Below, piece by piece: positions 36,646-46,668 of a stretch of DNA of 64,000 bases (its first letter is position 1; the number at the start of each line of letters is the position of its first letter). The notes beneath the pieces were generated by a model. It was not told the origin of the DNA. It did not search any database and saw only the letters and a program-made list of their open reading frames with translations. Origin of the DNA: an uncultured Clostridium sp. (lineage in GTDB: Bacteria; Bacillota_I; Bacilli_A; RF39; UBA660); the NCBI GenBank assembly GCA_964578175.1, contig CAZOBH010000002.1, forward strand, positions 1,304-65,303. The letters run 5' to 3'. A program made the position numbers and the translations under genes.

Positions 36646-38985
36646 ATGATAGAATTTAAAAACAACCAATTAATAATAGCTCCTAATAATTTAAAAAATA
36701 AATTGATTTTAGAAAAAGAAAAAAAGAAAGGTTTAGTAAACTCTAAAATAATAAATAGAGAAGAATTTATTAAAAATTGTCTTTTTGACTATGATACTGA
36801 ATCAATTCTTTTTTTAATGGAAAAATACAAATTAAAAATAGATATATCTAATACGATATTAGAAAGTTTATATTATGTAGATAAGAAATATAATAATAAG
36901 AAAATAGATTATTTATTTGATATCAAAGAAGATTTAATTAATAATAATTTACTTAAATATAATCCATTATATAAATTATTTTTAAAAGATAAAGATATAT
37001 TAGTAGTTGGATACAAAATAGATAAGTTATTTTATATGTGTCTTAAAGATTATAATTATTCTGAACATAAATTAGATATAGAATATGATAATAATGTTAT
37101 TTATGAAGCTGAAAGTGATTTAGATGAAATTGATTTTATTTTTAATAAAATTGGAGATTTAATAACTGATGGAATAGATATTAATAGAATTAAAATTGTA
37201 AATTTTAGAGATAGTTATGACAATATCATAAAAAGATTTGCTAATTTTTATAATTTACCTATTGAAAATAAAGGATATTCTATTTTTTCTAATGAAATAG
37301 TCGGAGTCTTTTTAAATTATTTATGGGAATCTAAATCTATTTCTAAAACGATGGAATATATAATTGATAATTATAATACAGATGAATATTCTAAAATAAT
37401 AAAAGTATTATTAGATTTAAGTAATAAATATATTCTCTATGAAGATAAATATGAATTTAATAATATCTATGAACTAATTAATCAAGAAGTTAAAAAATAT
37501 AAAATAGTTTTTGATGAACCTCTAAATAAAATAGAAATATATAAGTTTAATAATTTAATTTTTGATAAAGATGATTATGTATTTTTAATTGGTTTTAATC
37601 AAGGAGAGATACCAAAACTTTATAAAGATGAAGATTATTTAAATGATAAAGAAAAAGAACTAATAGACAAAGAAACTTCAATTGAAAATAATATTAGATC
37701 TAAAGAAGAAGTAATAGATTTTATTAAACACACTAATAACTTAACTATAACTTACCCATTAAAACATCTAGCTGATGATTGTTTTCCTTCTTTTATAATT
37801 GAAGAATTAAAATTAGAAGTTAAAAAGATAGAGAAGAGTAATAATAATTATAGTGAAATTTATTCTAAAATTAGATTAAGTGAATACTTAGATGATTTTA
37901 TTAAATATGGAGTTAAAAATAAAGAATTAGAAAAATATTATTCTAACTATGATATAGATTATTTATCATATGATAATAAATTTAAAGGTATTAAAAAAGA
38001 TGATTTATTAAAAGTATTAGATAATAAATTATTATTATCTTATTCATCAATTAATAATTATAATAAATGTTCCTTTAGATATTATTTATCTAATATTTTA
38101 AAAGTAGATTCTTTTGATGAAACATTTCAAATTAATATTGGTAGTTTATTTCATTATTTATTGCAAAAATCATTTGATAATGATTTTGATTTAGATAAAG
38201 AATGGAATGATTATACAAGTACTTTAGATTTATGTTCTAAAGATAAAGTATTATTAATTAGACTTAAAGAAGAATTTAAAGATATCTTATCTTATATTAG
38301 AGATTTTCATAAAGAAACAGGTCTTACTAAAACTATGTTAGAAGAGAGAATATTAATAGATAAAAGTATTAAAAATATAGATATTAAATTTATGGGTGTA
38401 ATTGACAAGTTAATGTATAAAGATAATTTAATAGCGTTAGTTGATTATAAAACAGGTAATACTAATATATCTATTGATAAAGTACCATATGGAATAGATA
38501 TGCAATTACCTATATATTGGTATCTAGTTAAAAAAAGTAATTTATTTGATAATCCTAGATTTGTTGGTTTTTACTTAGAAAGGATTCTATCTGGTAATAT
38601 TAATATAGATTCTAAAAAGAGTTATGAAGATATTAAAAAAGATAATTTAAAATTAGTTGGGTACTCAACTGATGATATGGATAGACTTGAAGTATTTGAT
38701 CCTACATTTGAAAATAGCAATTACGTTAAAGGAATGAAACTAACTAAAGATGGGAGTTTTTCTAAGAATACTAAAATTTTAAATGATGAAGAATTAGATA
38801 ATTTAGTTGATACAATAGATGAAATAATAGATAAAAATAAAGATGACATAATTGAGGCTAAATTTGATATTAATCCTAAGGAATTTAAAGGAGTTAATAT
38901 TGGATGTGAGTATTGTAATTATAAAGATATATGTTTTATGAAAAATGAAGATGTTGTATGTCTAGGAGGTGATCTAAATGCCTAG
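36646..38985 (+). CDS. addB: ATP-dependent helicase/deoxyribonuclease subunit B (AddB/RexB type, compact, no Walker A)
   Basis: C-terminal RecB-type nuclease motif VDYKTGN. Four Cys for an Fe-S cluster (NKCSF...GCEYCNYKDIC). Overlaps and precedes addA. No GxGKT at the N-terminus. Confidence 0.82.
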   Translation: MIEFKNNQLIIAPNNLKNKLILEKEKKKGLVNSKIINREEFIKNCLFDYDTESILFLMEKYKLKIDISNTILESLYYVDKKYNNKKIDYLFDIKEDLINNNLLKYNPLYKLFLKDKDILVVGYKIDKLFYMCLKDYNYSEHKLDIEYDNNVIYEAESDLDEIDFIFNKIGDLITDGIDINRIKIVNFRDSYDNIIKRFANFYNLPIENKGYSIFSNEIVGVFLNYLWESKSISKTMEYIIDNYNTDEYSKIIKVLLDLSNKYILYEDKYEFNNIYELINQEVKKYKIVFDEPLNKIEIYKFNNLIFDKDDYVFLIGFNQGEIPKLYKDEDYLNDKEKELIDKETSIENNIRSKEEVIDFIKHTNNLTITYPLKHLADDCFPSFIIEELKLEVKKIEKSNNNYSEIYSKIRLSEYLDDFIKYGVKNKELEKYYSNYDIDYLSYDNKFKGIKKDDLLKVLDNKLLLSYSSINNYNKCSFRYYLSNILKVDSFDETFQINIGSLFHYLLQKSFDNDFDLDKEWNDYTSTLDLCSKDKVLLIRLKEEFKDILSYIRDFHKETGLTKTMLEERILIDKSIKNIDIKFMGVIDKLMYKDNLIALVDYKTGNTNISIDKVPYGIDMQLPIYWYLVKKSNLFDNPRFVGFYLERILSGNINIDSKKSYEDIKKDNLKLVGYSTDDMDRLEVFDPTFENSNYVKGMKLTKDGSFSKNTKILNDEELDNLVDTIDEIIDKNKDDIIEAKFDINPKEFKGVNIGCEYCNYKDICFMKNEDVVCLGGDLNA

Positions 38986-41900
38986 TTGGACTAAAGAACA
39001 ACAAGAAGCTATTTATAAAGAAGGAACTAATATAATTGTTTCAGCAGGAGCAGGATCTGGAAAAACTGCAGTTCTATCTGAAAGAGTTATTAGAAAACTA
39101 CATGATGGTGTAAATATTAATGAAATGTTAATTCTAACTTTTACAGAGGCAGCAGCTTTTGAAATGAAAGAAAGAATTAGAAAAAAAATAAAAAAGGATG
39201 AAGAACTAAAAACTCAATTAGATTTAATTGATAGTTCTTATATTACTACTTTTGATAGTTTTAGTTTATCAATAGTTAAAAGATATCATTATTTACTTAA
39301 TATTGAAAAAAATGTATCAATAATGGATTCTAGTATGATTCAAAGTAAAAAAATAGAAATACTTGAAGAAATAATGAATGAGTATTATGAAAAACAAGAT
39401 GAAAACTTTGTAAAAATAATTAATGATTTCTGTCTAAAAGATGATAATGAAATAAAAAATACAATATTAAGTATTTCTAATAAAATGGATTTAATAATTG
39501 ATAAAGATGAATATTTAGATAAATATTTTGATACTTATTTTAGTGAAGAATTTATTGATTCTAAGATAGATGAATATGAAAGCTTTATTAAAGGTAAATT
39601 TAATAAAATAATAGATCTAGGGAAAGAATTCTTATCATTTTCTGAAAATAAAGTATATGATGATACTTTAAATATAATTAATAAATATGAATGTTGTAAT
39701 AATATAACTGATATTAAAGAAGCTCTTTCTTTAAGCCTACCAAGACTATCAAATGGTTCTAGTGAAGAGTTTAAAATTATTAAAGAAAAATGGAAAGAAA
39801 AAATTGAAGAACTTAATAATTACTTACCAATTGAAGATAATATAAAAGAACAAATATTAAGTACTAAAAGATATCAAGAAATATTAATAGAAATAGTTAA
39901 GAAATTAGATAATAGATTTAATGAATTTAAATTATATAATTGTGCTTTTGAATTTATAGATATTGCAAAACTTGCTATAAAAGTAGTTAAAGAAAATGAT
40001 GAAGTTAGAGATGAACTTAAGTATTTCTTTAAAGAGATTATGATAGATGAGTATCAAGATACATCAGATTTGCAAGAAACATTTATTAATTTAATAGCAA
40101 ATAATAATGTTTATATGGTAGGAGATATTAAACAAGCAATTTATAGATTTAGAAATGCTAATCCTAATATTTTTAAAGATAAATATAATAATTATAAAAA
40201 TAATAATGGTGGTTATAAAATAGATTTATTAAAGAATTTTAGAAGTAGAGAAGAAGTTTTAAATAATATTAATTTATTATTTGATCCTGTTATGGATTTA
40301 GAAATAGGTGGAGCTGAATATCAAGAATCACATCGTATGATATTTGGTAATACTTCATATAATGAAAAGGGAAAAACTGAAGAAAATTATAATTTTGAAA
40401 TACTTACTTATGATTTAGAAAAAGGTTTTGACTATAGCAAGAATGAAGTAGAAATATTTACTATAGCTAAAGATATAAAGGATAAAGTAGATAATAAATA
40501 TCAAATATTTGATAAAGATACTGGTTTATTACATGATGCTAAATATAGTGATTTTGCAATATTAATTGATAGATCAACTAGTTTTGATTTATATAAGAAA
40601 ATATTTGAATATTTAAGTATTCCGCTTAATAAATATACATCTACTAATATTACTAAAGATGATGAGATTCATTTAATTAAAAATATCTTAACTTTAATAA
40701 TAAATATTTATAAAAAAGATAGAGAATTTAAGTATAGTTTTATATCTGTTGCCAGAAGTTATTTATATGGATTAAGTGATCAAGAAATATTTGATTATGT
40801 TACCAATTCAAATTATGAGAATAGTGATATTTATCAAAAGATTTTAAATATTAGAGATAATATAAATATATATCCATTAAAGAAAATTATTGAAAAAATT
40901 ATAAATGATTTTAATTTCCACTTAAATAGTATTAAAGTAGGTAATGCCTTAAAAGTAGATATTAAATTAGATTATATTCTTAATTTAGCAGAAGCTTGTA
41001 GTGAAATGGGATATGGAATTATAGAATTTAGAGATTATTTAAATACTATTATTGAAAAAGATATGAAGATAGAATGTAACTTTAGTGATAACTCAGATGA
41101 TTCAGTAAAAATAATGACAATTCATAAATCTAAAGGATTAGAATTTTCAATATGTTACTTTCCTGGTAATTATAGTAAGTTTAATATTAGAGATCTTAAT
41201 GAAAGATTTATCTTTGATCCTAAATATGGGATTATTTGTCCATACTATAATAAAGGAATAGGAACAACTATCTATAAATATTTATATAAAAATGATTATA
41301 TAAAAGATGAAATAAGTGAAAAGATTAGATTATTTTATGTATCACTTACTCGTTGTAAAGAAAAGATGATAATAGTTAGTCCTTTAAAAGATCTTGATAT
41401 AGATTCATCTAATGTAATAGATAATGATATAAGACTTAATTATAGGTCATTTATGGATATATTAAATAGTGTTTATTATAATGTTACTCCATATATTAAA
41501 GAAATAGATTTAAATAGTATAGGACTTACTAAAAAATATAATACGATTAAAGAATTTAATTATAAAGATAAAATATTACCTTGTAAGGATACGTTTAATA
41601 AAATAGTTTTATCTATACCAAATGAAATAGAAGAGAAAGAACATTTTTCTAAAGTTAAATTGGATTTATTAGATAAAGAAACTAAAAATAAAATGGAATT
41701 AGGTACTTATGTTCATTATTTATTTGAATTATTAGATTTTAATAATCTTGATTATTCATATATAGATTCTAAGTATTTAGATTATGTTAAAAGTTTTGTT
41801 GACCAATTAGATATGAATAACGCTAAAATATATAAAGAATATGAATTTATTTATGAAGATAAAAATATAGTTAAACATGGTATTATTGACTTAATGTTAG

Positions 41901-42070
41901 AGTATGATGATAAAATTAAAATAATAGATTATAAATTAAAAGATATTAATGATTCTAAGTATTTAGATCAATTAAATGGATATAAGAAATATATTGAGAT
42001 GAAAACAAGTAAAAATGTATCTATCTATTTATATTCAATTTTTGATAAAAAAATAGTAGAATTACCTTAA
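38978..42070 (+). CDS. addA: ATP-dependent helicase/nuclease subunit A (UvrD/PcrA-type helicase plus RecB nuclease)
   Basis: WT.EQ..AI, GAGSGKTAVL, DEYQDT, NFRS, TIHKSKGLEF, and the C-terminal nuclease GIIDLM...IIDYKLK. Confidence 0.9.
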   Translation: MPSWTKEQQEAIYKEGTNIIVSAGAGSGKTAVLSERVIRKLHDGVNINEMLILTFTEAAAFEMKERIRKKIKKDEELKTQLDLIDSSYITTFDSFSLSIVKRYHYLLNIEKNVSIMDSSMIQSKKIEILEEIMNEYYEKQDENFVKIINDFCLKDDNEIKNTILSISNKMDLIIDKDEYLDKYFDTYFSEEFIDSKIDEYESFIKGKFNKIIDLGKEFLSFSENKVYDDTLNIINKYECCNNITDIKEALSLSLPRLSNGSSEEFKIIKEKWKEKIEELNNYLPIEDNIKEQILSTKRYQEILIEIVKKLDNRFNEFKLYNCAFEFIDIAKLAIKVVKENDEVRDELKYFFKEIMIDEYQDTSDLQETFINLIANNNVYMVGDIKQAIYRFRNANPNIFKDKYNNYKNNNGGYKIDLLKNFRSREEVLNNINLLFDPVMDLEIGGAEYQESHRMIFGNTSYNEKGKTEENYNFEILTYDLEKGFDYSKNEVEIFTIAKDIKDKVDNKYQIFDKDTGLLHDAKYSDFAILIDRSTSFDLYKKIFEYLSIPLNKYTSTNITKDDEIHLIKNILTLIINIYKKDREFKYSFISVARSYLYGLSDQEIFDYVTNSNYENSDIYQKILNIRDNINIYPLKKIIEKIINDFNFHLNSIKVGNALKVDIKLDYILNLAEACSEMGYGIIEFRDYLNTIIEKDMKIECNFSDNSDDSVKIMTIHKSKGLEFSICYFPGNYSKFNIRDLNERFIFDPKYGIICPYYNKGIGTTIYKYLYKNDYIKDEISEKIRLFYVSLTRCKEKMIIVSPLKDLDIDSSNVIDNDIRLNYRSFMDILNSVYYNVTPYIKEIDLNSIGLTKKYNTIKEFNYKDKILPCKDTFNKIVLSIPNEIEEKEHFSKVKLDLLDKETKNKMELGTYVHYLFELLDFNNLDYSYIDSKYLDYVKSFVDQLDMNNAKIYKEYEFIYEDKNIVKHGIIDLMLEYDDKIKIIDYKLKDINDSKYLDQLNGYKKYIEMKTSKNVSIYLYSIFDKKIVELP

Positions 42071-42117
42071 AAATAAGGGGATAAGAGATTTATTTCCTTT
42101 TTTTTAATAAAGTTTTT

Positions 42118-42126
42118 TGTTATAAT
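42118..42126 (+). promoter_or_regulatory. Extended -10 promoter element (TGtTATAAT) upstream of parE
   Basis: The motif tgttataat lies 19 nt upstream of the ATG. Confidence 0.45.
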
Positions 42127-42144
42127 GATTTAGGAGATGATAGA

Positions 42145-44046
42145 ATGGCAACTAAATATGATGAAACATCAATTAAAATACTAGAGGGATTAGAAGCAGT
42201 TAGAAAAAGACCTGGTATGTATATTGGATCAACTGATAAAAGAGGACTTCATCATCTAGTATGGGAAATAGTTGACAATGCCATAGATGAAGCTATCAAT
42301 GGTTTTGGTAAAGAAATAAAGATAACTCTTCATAAAGATAAAAGTATTAGTATAGAAGATTTTGGACGTGGAGTACCAGTTGGTATGCATGAATCTGGTA
42401 AATCAACTCCTGAGGTTATTTATACTATTCTTCATGCTGGTGGTAAGTTTGAAGAATCTGGATATAAAGTATCTGGTGGACTTCATGGAGTAGGTGCAAG
42501 TGTTGTTAATGCTTTATCTAAATGGATGATAGTAGATATATGTAGGGATAAAGTTGAATATTTGATATCATTTGAAAATGGAGGTCATGTTAAAGAACCT
42601 CTAAAGAAAATAGGACCTAGTAGAAAAGTTAGTGGTACTAAAGTTACATTTTTACCTGATCCAGAAATATTTTCTACAACTAGTTTTTCATATTCATCAA
42701 TTTGTGAAAGAATGCAAGAAAGTGCTTTTTTAATTAAAGGATTAAGTATAGAAATATTAGATGAAGAAAGTGGTAGAAAAGATAAATTCTTATATGAAGA
42801 TGGAATAGTAGAATTTGTTAAATATTTAAATGAAGATCATAATGTTATACATGATCCTATTCTATTTGAGGGACTTAAGAATAAAATAGATATTGAAGTA
42901 GCTATACAATATAACGATAGTTATAATGAAAATATTGTATCTTTTGTAAATAATGTTAAAACAGTAGATGGTGGTTCTCATGAAGTAGGATTTAAAACTG
43001 CTTTAACTAAAGTATTTAATGATTATGCTAAGAATAATGGATTTATTAAAGGAAAAGATAAAACATTTGAGGGTTCTGATGTAAGAGAAGGGTTAACTGC
43101 TATTATCTCTTTAAAAATACCTGAAGAATTATTACAATTTGAAGGTCAAACTAAAGGAAAGTTAGGTACACCTGTTGCTCGTGTTGCTGTTGAGTCATTA
43201 GTTACTGAAAAACTTCAATTTTTCTTAGAAGAGAATAATGCTATTGCAACAACTATTGTAGAAAAAGCTTTAAAGAGTAAAAGTGCACGTGAGGCAGCTC
43301 GTAAAGCAAGAGAAGAAGCAAGATCTGGAAAAAACAAAAAACAAGAAAGAAACTTGTCTGGTAAACTTGCTCCAGCACAAAGTAAAGATAAAACTAAAAA
43401 AGAATTATTCTTGGTTGAGGGAGATTCAGCAGGTGGTTCTGCTAAACAAGGAAGAGATAGAAAATATCAAGCAATATTACCTTTGCGTGGAAAAGTTTTA
43501 AATGCTGAAAAAACTCGTGAAGATGAATTATTAAAGAATGAAGAAATTAATACAATGATATATACAATTGGTGCTGGATATGGCCCAAACTTTGATATTA
43601 ATGATTGTGAGTATGATAAAGTAATTATCATGAGTGATGCTGATGAAGATGGAGGTCATATTCAATGTTTACTTATGACATTCTTTTATAGATATATGAG
43701 GCCATTAATAGATAATGGAAAACTATTTATTGCTTTACCTCCATTGTTTAAAATACAAAGTGGTAAAAATATAGAATATGCATATACTGTAGAAGAAATG
43801 AAAGAAAAGAGTAAAGGGAAAAAGTGTGATATTCAAAGATATAAAGGATTAGGTGAAATGAATGCTGATCAATTGTGTGAAACAACAATGAAACCTGGTA
43901 GTAGAACTTTAATTAGAGTTAATATAGAAGATGCTCAACTTGCTGAAAAAAGAGTTAAAGTTCTTATGGGAGATTCTGTTCCTCCTCGTAAAGAATGGAT
44001 AGAAGAAAATGTAGAATTTACATTAGAAGATGATTTCAAAATATAA
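42145..44046 (+). CDS. parE: DNA topoisomerase IV subunit B (type IIA topoisomerase ATPase subunit)
   Basis: LEGLEAVRKRPGMYIGST, GGLHGVGASVVNALS, EGDSAGGSAKQGRDR and PL.GK.LN are all present. It is paired with a ParC-like rather than GyrA-like partner and is not in the dnaA-recF context. Confidence 0.78.
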   Translation: MATKYDETSIKILEGLEAVRKRPGMYIGSTDKRGLHHLVWEIVDNAIDEAINGFGKEIKITLHKDKSISIEDFGRGVPVGMHESGKSTPEVIYTILHAGGKFEESGYKVSGGLHGVGASVVNALSKWMIVDICRDKVEYLISFENGGHVKEPLKKIGPSRKVSGTKVTFLPDPEIFSTTSFSYSSICERMQESAFLIKGLSIEILDEESGRKDKFLYEDGIVEFVKYLNEDHNVIHDPILFEGLKNKIDIEVAIQYNDSYNENIVSFVNNVKTVDGGSHEVGFKTALTKVFNDYAKNNGFIKGKDKTFEGSDVREGLTAIISLKIPEELLQFEGQTKGKLGTPVARVAVESLVTEKLQFFLEENNAIATTIVEKALKSKSAREAARKAREEARSGKNKKQERNLSGKLAPAQSKDKTKKELFLVEGDSAGGSAKQGRDRKYQAILPLRGKVLNAEKTREDELLKNEEINTMIYTIGAGYGPNFDINDCEYDKVIIMSDADEDGGHIQCLLMTFFYRYMRPLIDNGKLFIALPPLFKIQSGKNIEYAYTVEEMKEKSKGKKCDIQRYKGLGEMNADQLCETTMKPGSRTLIRVNIEDAQLAEKRVKVLMGDSVPPRKEWIEENVEFTLEDDFKI

Positions 44047-44064
44047 TAGAAAGTGGTGTTTTGG

Positions 44065-46605
44065 ATGCCAAAAAAGACAGATACAAAAGAAGTAATTGAA
44101 AAGATATTTGATTATACCTTAGAAGATATTATGGGTGAAAGATTTGGTTCATACTCAAAATATATTATTCAAGATAGAGCAATTCCAGATGCAAGAGATG
44201 GATTAAAACCTGTTCAACGTCGAATATTATATTCAATGCATAAAGAAAAGAATACCTATGATCATGGATATAGAAAAAGTGCTAAAACAGTAGGAGATGT
44301 TATAGGTAATTATCATCCACATGGAGATACATCAATTTATGATGCTATGGTTCGTATGAGTCAACCATGGAAAACAAGAATTCCATATATAGATATGCAT
44401 GGTAATAATGGATCAATTGATGGTGATAGTCCTGCTGCATATCGTTATACAGAAGCAAGACTTTCAAAAATAGCTAATGAGATGTTAAGAGACATTGAAA
44501 GAAATACTATTGAATGGGCTCCTAACTTTGATGATACTTGTATGGAACCAACAGTTTTACCTGCTAGATTTCCAGCTTTATTAGTTTATGGTGCACAAGG
44601 AATTAGTGCTGGTTATGCAACTAATATTCCTACTCATAATTTAAATGAAATAGTTGATGCAACAATATATAGAATAGATCATCCTAAATGTACTTTAGAA
44701 GATTTAATGAATATTGTTAAAGGACCTGATTTTCCAACTGGAGGAATAGTTGAAGGATTAGAAGGACTTAAAGATGCGTATACTACTGGTCGTGGAAGAA
44801 TTGTTGTTAAATCAAAATATGAAGTTAAAACTGAAGGTAAGATTAAACAAATAGTTATTAATGAAATACCATTTGAAGTAAATAAAGCATTATTAGTTAA
44901 GAAAATAGATGATATTAGAATTGATAAGAAGATTGATGGAATAATTGAAGTTAGAGATGAAAGTGCTGCTGATGTAAGAGTTGTTATTGATTGTAAAAGT
45001 AGTGCAAATATAGATTTAATTATTAATTATTTACTTAAAAATACTGATATGCAAATAAGTTATAATTTTAACGTTGTTGCAATTGTAAATAAAAGGCCTA
45101 AATTATTAGGACTTCAAGAATGTTTAGATACATTTATTGCACATCAAAGAGAAGTTATAAGAAGAAGATGTGAATTTGATTTAGCTCATGCTAGAGCAAG
45201 ATATCATATTGTAGAAGGATTAATTAAATGTATATCTATTTTAGATGAGGTAATTAGGGTAATTAGAGCTAGTAGTAATAGAGCAGATTCTAAAAATAAT
45301 TTAGTAAAAGAATTTGGTTTTTCTGAAGAACAAGCAGAAGCTATTATTACATTACAATTATATAAATTATCAAATACTGATGTAGTAGCTCTTGAAGAAG
45401 AAATGGATAGACTTGAAAAAACTATTGCTTTACTTATTGAGACTCTTGAAAAAGAATCTAAAATGAAAAGTGTTATGAAACATGAACTTCAAGCTATAAA
45501 TAAAGAATATGTTACTCCTAGACTTACTGAAGTTAGAGAAGAAATATCTGAAATTAAAATAGATAATAGAAGTATGATTCCAAAAGAAGATGTAGTTGTA
45601 TCTATTTCTAAAGATGGATATGTTAAACGTTGTTCTACTAGAAGTTATCAAGCAAGTACAGAGTCTAATATGAAAGAGGGAGACCACTTACTTGGTTTAT
45701 ATGAACTTAATACTTTAGATAATATTTTAATATTTACAGATTTAGGTAATTATTATTTAGTTCCAGTTCATGAAATACCTACATGTGCTTGGAAGGAGTT
45801 AGGAAAACATATAAGTAATATTGCTAAGTTTGAAGCAGGAGAAGAAGTAATTGAATGTATTCCGGTTAAGGAATTCGATCCTAAAGTAGAACTAATACTA
45901 AGCACAAAACTTGGAATGATTAAGAAAGTTAAATTAGATGAATTTAAAACAAGTAGATCTTTAAAACCTATAATATGCATGAAGTTAAAAGGAAATGATA
46001 AATTGATTTCTGTATTAGTTTCACAATATAATAATATTTTTGTAGGAACTAATAAGGGATATGGACTTTGGTATGATATATCTGAAGTACCAACAGTTGG
46101 TCTTAAAGCATCTGGTGTTAAATCTATTAATTTAAAAGATGATTTTGTAGTTGGTGTATCTAATTTTGAAAATGATTCAGAATATTTAATAGTTGTAACA
46201 GATAAAGGTACTGCAAAAAGAGTTAAATTATCTGAATTTGATAAAATAACTAGAGCTAAAAGAGGATTATTAATGTTAAAAGAAAATAAATCTAATCCTC
46301 ATAGAGTAGTTAAAATATTTACAACTAGTAAAGATTACATTGGTATTAAAGGAAACGAAATAAATGTATTAAAATCTACTGAAATACCTATAATGGATAG
46401 ATATTCAGGAGGATCTCAAGTAGTTAAAGGTCCTGTAATAGATTGTTATATAGAAAAAGTCTTTGTTAAAAGAGATGATATTAATTTAAATACTGATAAT
46501 AATAGTGAAGAAATAATAGAAACTAAAAAAGTATCTCTTAAAGAAATTGATGAAAGACTTATGACAATTGATGATTTTATAAATATAGATGAAGGAAATG
46601 AATAG
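44065..46605 (+). CDS. parC: DNA topoisomerase IV subunit A
   Basis: YIIQDRAIPD.RDGLKPVQRRILY, HPHGD, and the active-site AAYRYTEARL. No GyrA-box (QRRGGKG-like) is visible at the start of the C-terminal domain. The ATG at 44065 is preferred over the GTG at 44053. Confidence 0.78.
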   Translation: MPKKTDTKEVIEKIFDYTLEDIMGERFGSYSKYIIQDRAIPDARDGLKPVQRRILYSMHKEKNTYDHGYRKSAKTVGDVIGNYHPHGDTSIYDAMVRMSQPWKTRIPYIDMHGNNGSIDGDSPAAYRYTEARLSKIANEMLRDIERNTIEWAPNFDDTCMEPTVLPARFPALLVYGAQGISAGYATNIPTHNLNEIVDATIYRIDHPKCTLEDLMNIVKGPDFPTGGIVEGLEGLKDAYTTGRGRIVVKSKYEVKTEGKIKQIVINEIPFEVNKALLVKKIDDIRIDKKIDGIIEVRDESAADVRVVIDCKSSANIDLIINYLLKNTDMQISYNFNVVAIVNKRPKLLGLQECLDTFIAHQREVIRRRCEFDLAHARARYHIVEGLIKCISILDEVIRVIRASSNRADSKNNLVKEFGFSEEQAEAIITLQLYKLSNTDVVALEEEMDRLEKTIALLIETLEKESKMKSVMKHELQAINKEYVTPRLTEVREEISEIKIDNRSMIPKEDVVVSISKDGYVKRCSTRSYQASTESNMKEGDHLLGLYELNTLDNILIFTDLGNYYLVPVHEIPTCAWKELGKHISNIAKFEAGEEVIECIPVKEFDPKVELILSTKLGMIKKVKLDEFKTSRSLKPIICMKLKGNDKLISVLVSQYNNIFVGTNKGYGLWYDISEVPTVGLKASGVKSINLKDDFVVGVSNFENDSEYLIVVTDKGTAKRVKLSEFDKITRAKRGLLMLKENKSNPHRVVKIFTTSKDYIGIKGNEINVLKSTEIPIMDRYSGGSQVVKGPVIDCYIEKVFVKRDDINLNTDNNSEEIIETKKVSLKEIDERLMTIDDFINIDEGNE

Positions 46606-46617
46606 TTTCCTTTTTTA
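46592..46617 (+). terminator. Intrinsic terminator
   Basis: Stem aaggaaa / tttcctt followed by a T-run. It overlaps the parC stop. Confidence 0.6.
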
Positions 46618-46668
46618 TTGTCAAACATTATTTTTGGTGTTATAATTTGCTAAATGAAGGGTGATATA

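Noticed and set aside
42145-46605. Calling the type IIA topoisomerase pair gyrB/gyrA
   Set aside because: The A subunit shows no GyrA-box (QRRGGKG-like) at the start of its C-terminal domain, and the pair is not in the dnaA-dnaN-recF context, so ParE/ParC is more likely. This is motif-based only, and a phylogenetic placement would settle it.
30001-46628. Other track ORFs: 30001-30213 (-), 43283-43501 (+), 45430-45687 (-), 45768-45980 (-), 46446-46628 (-), and also 14303-14485 (-)
   Set aside because: Each is nested inside smc, parE, parC or the 13709 gene in a wrong frame or on the wrong strand. I attribute them to chance open frames.
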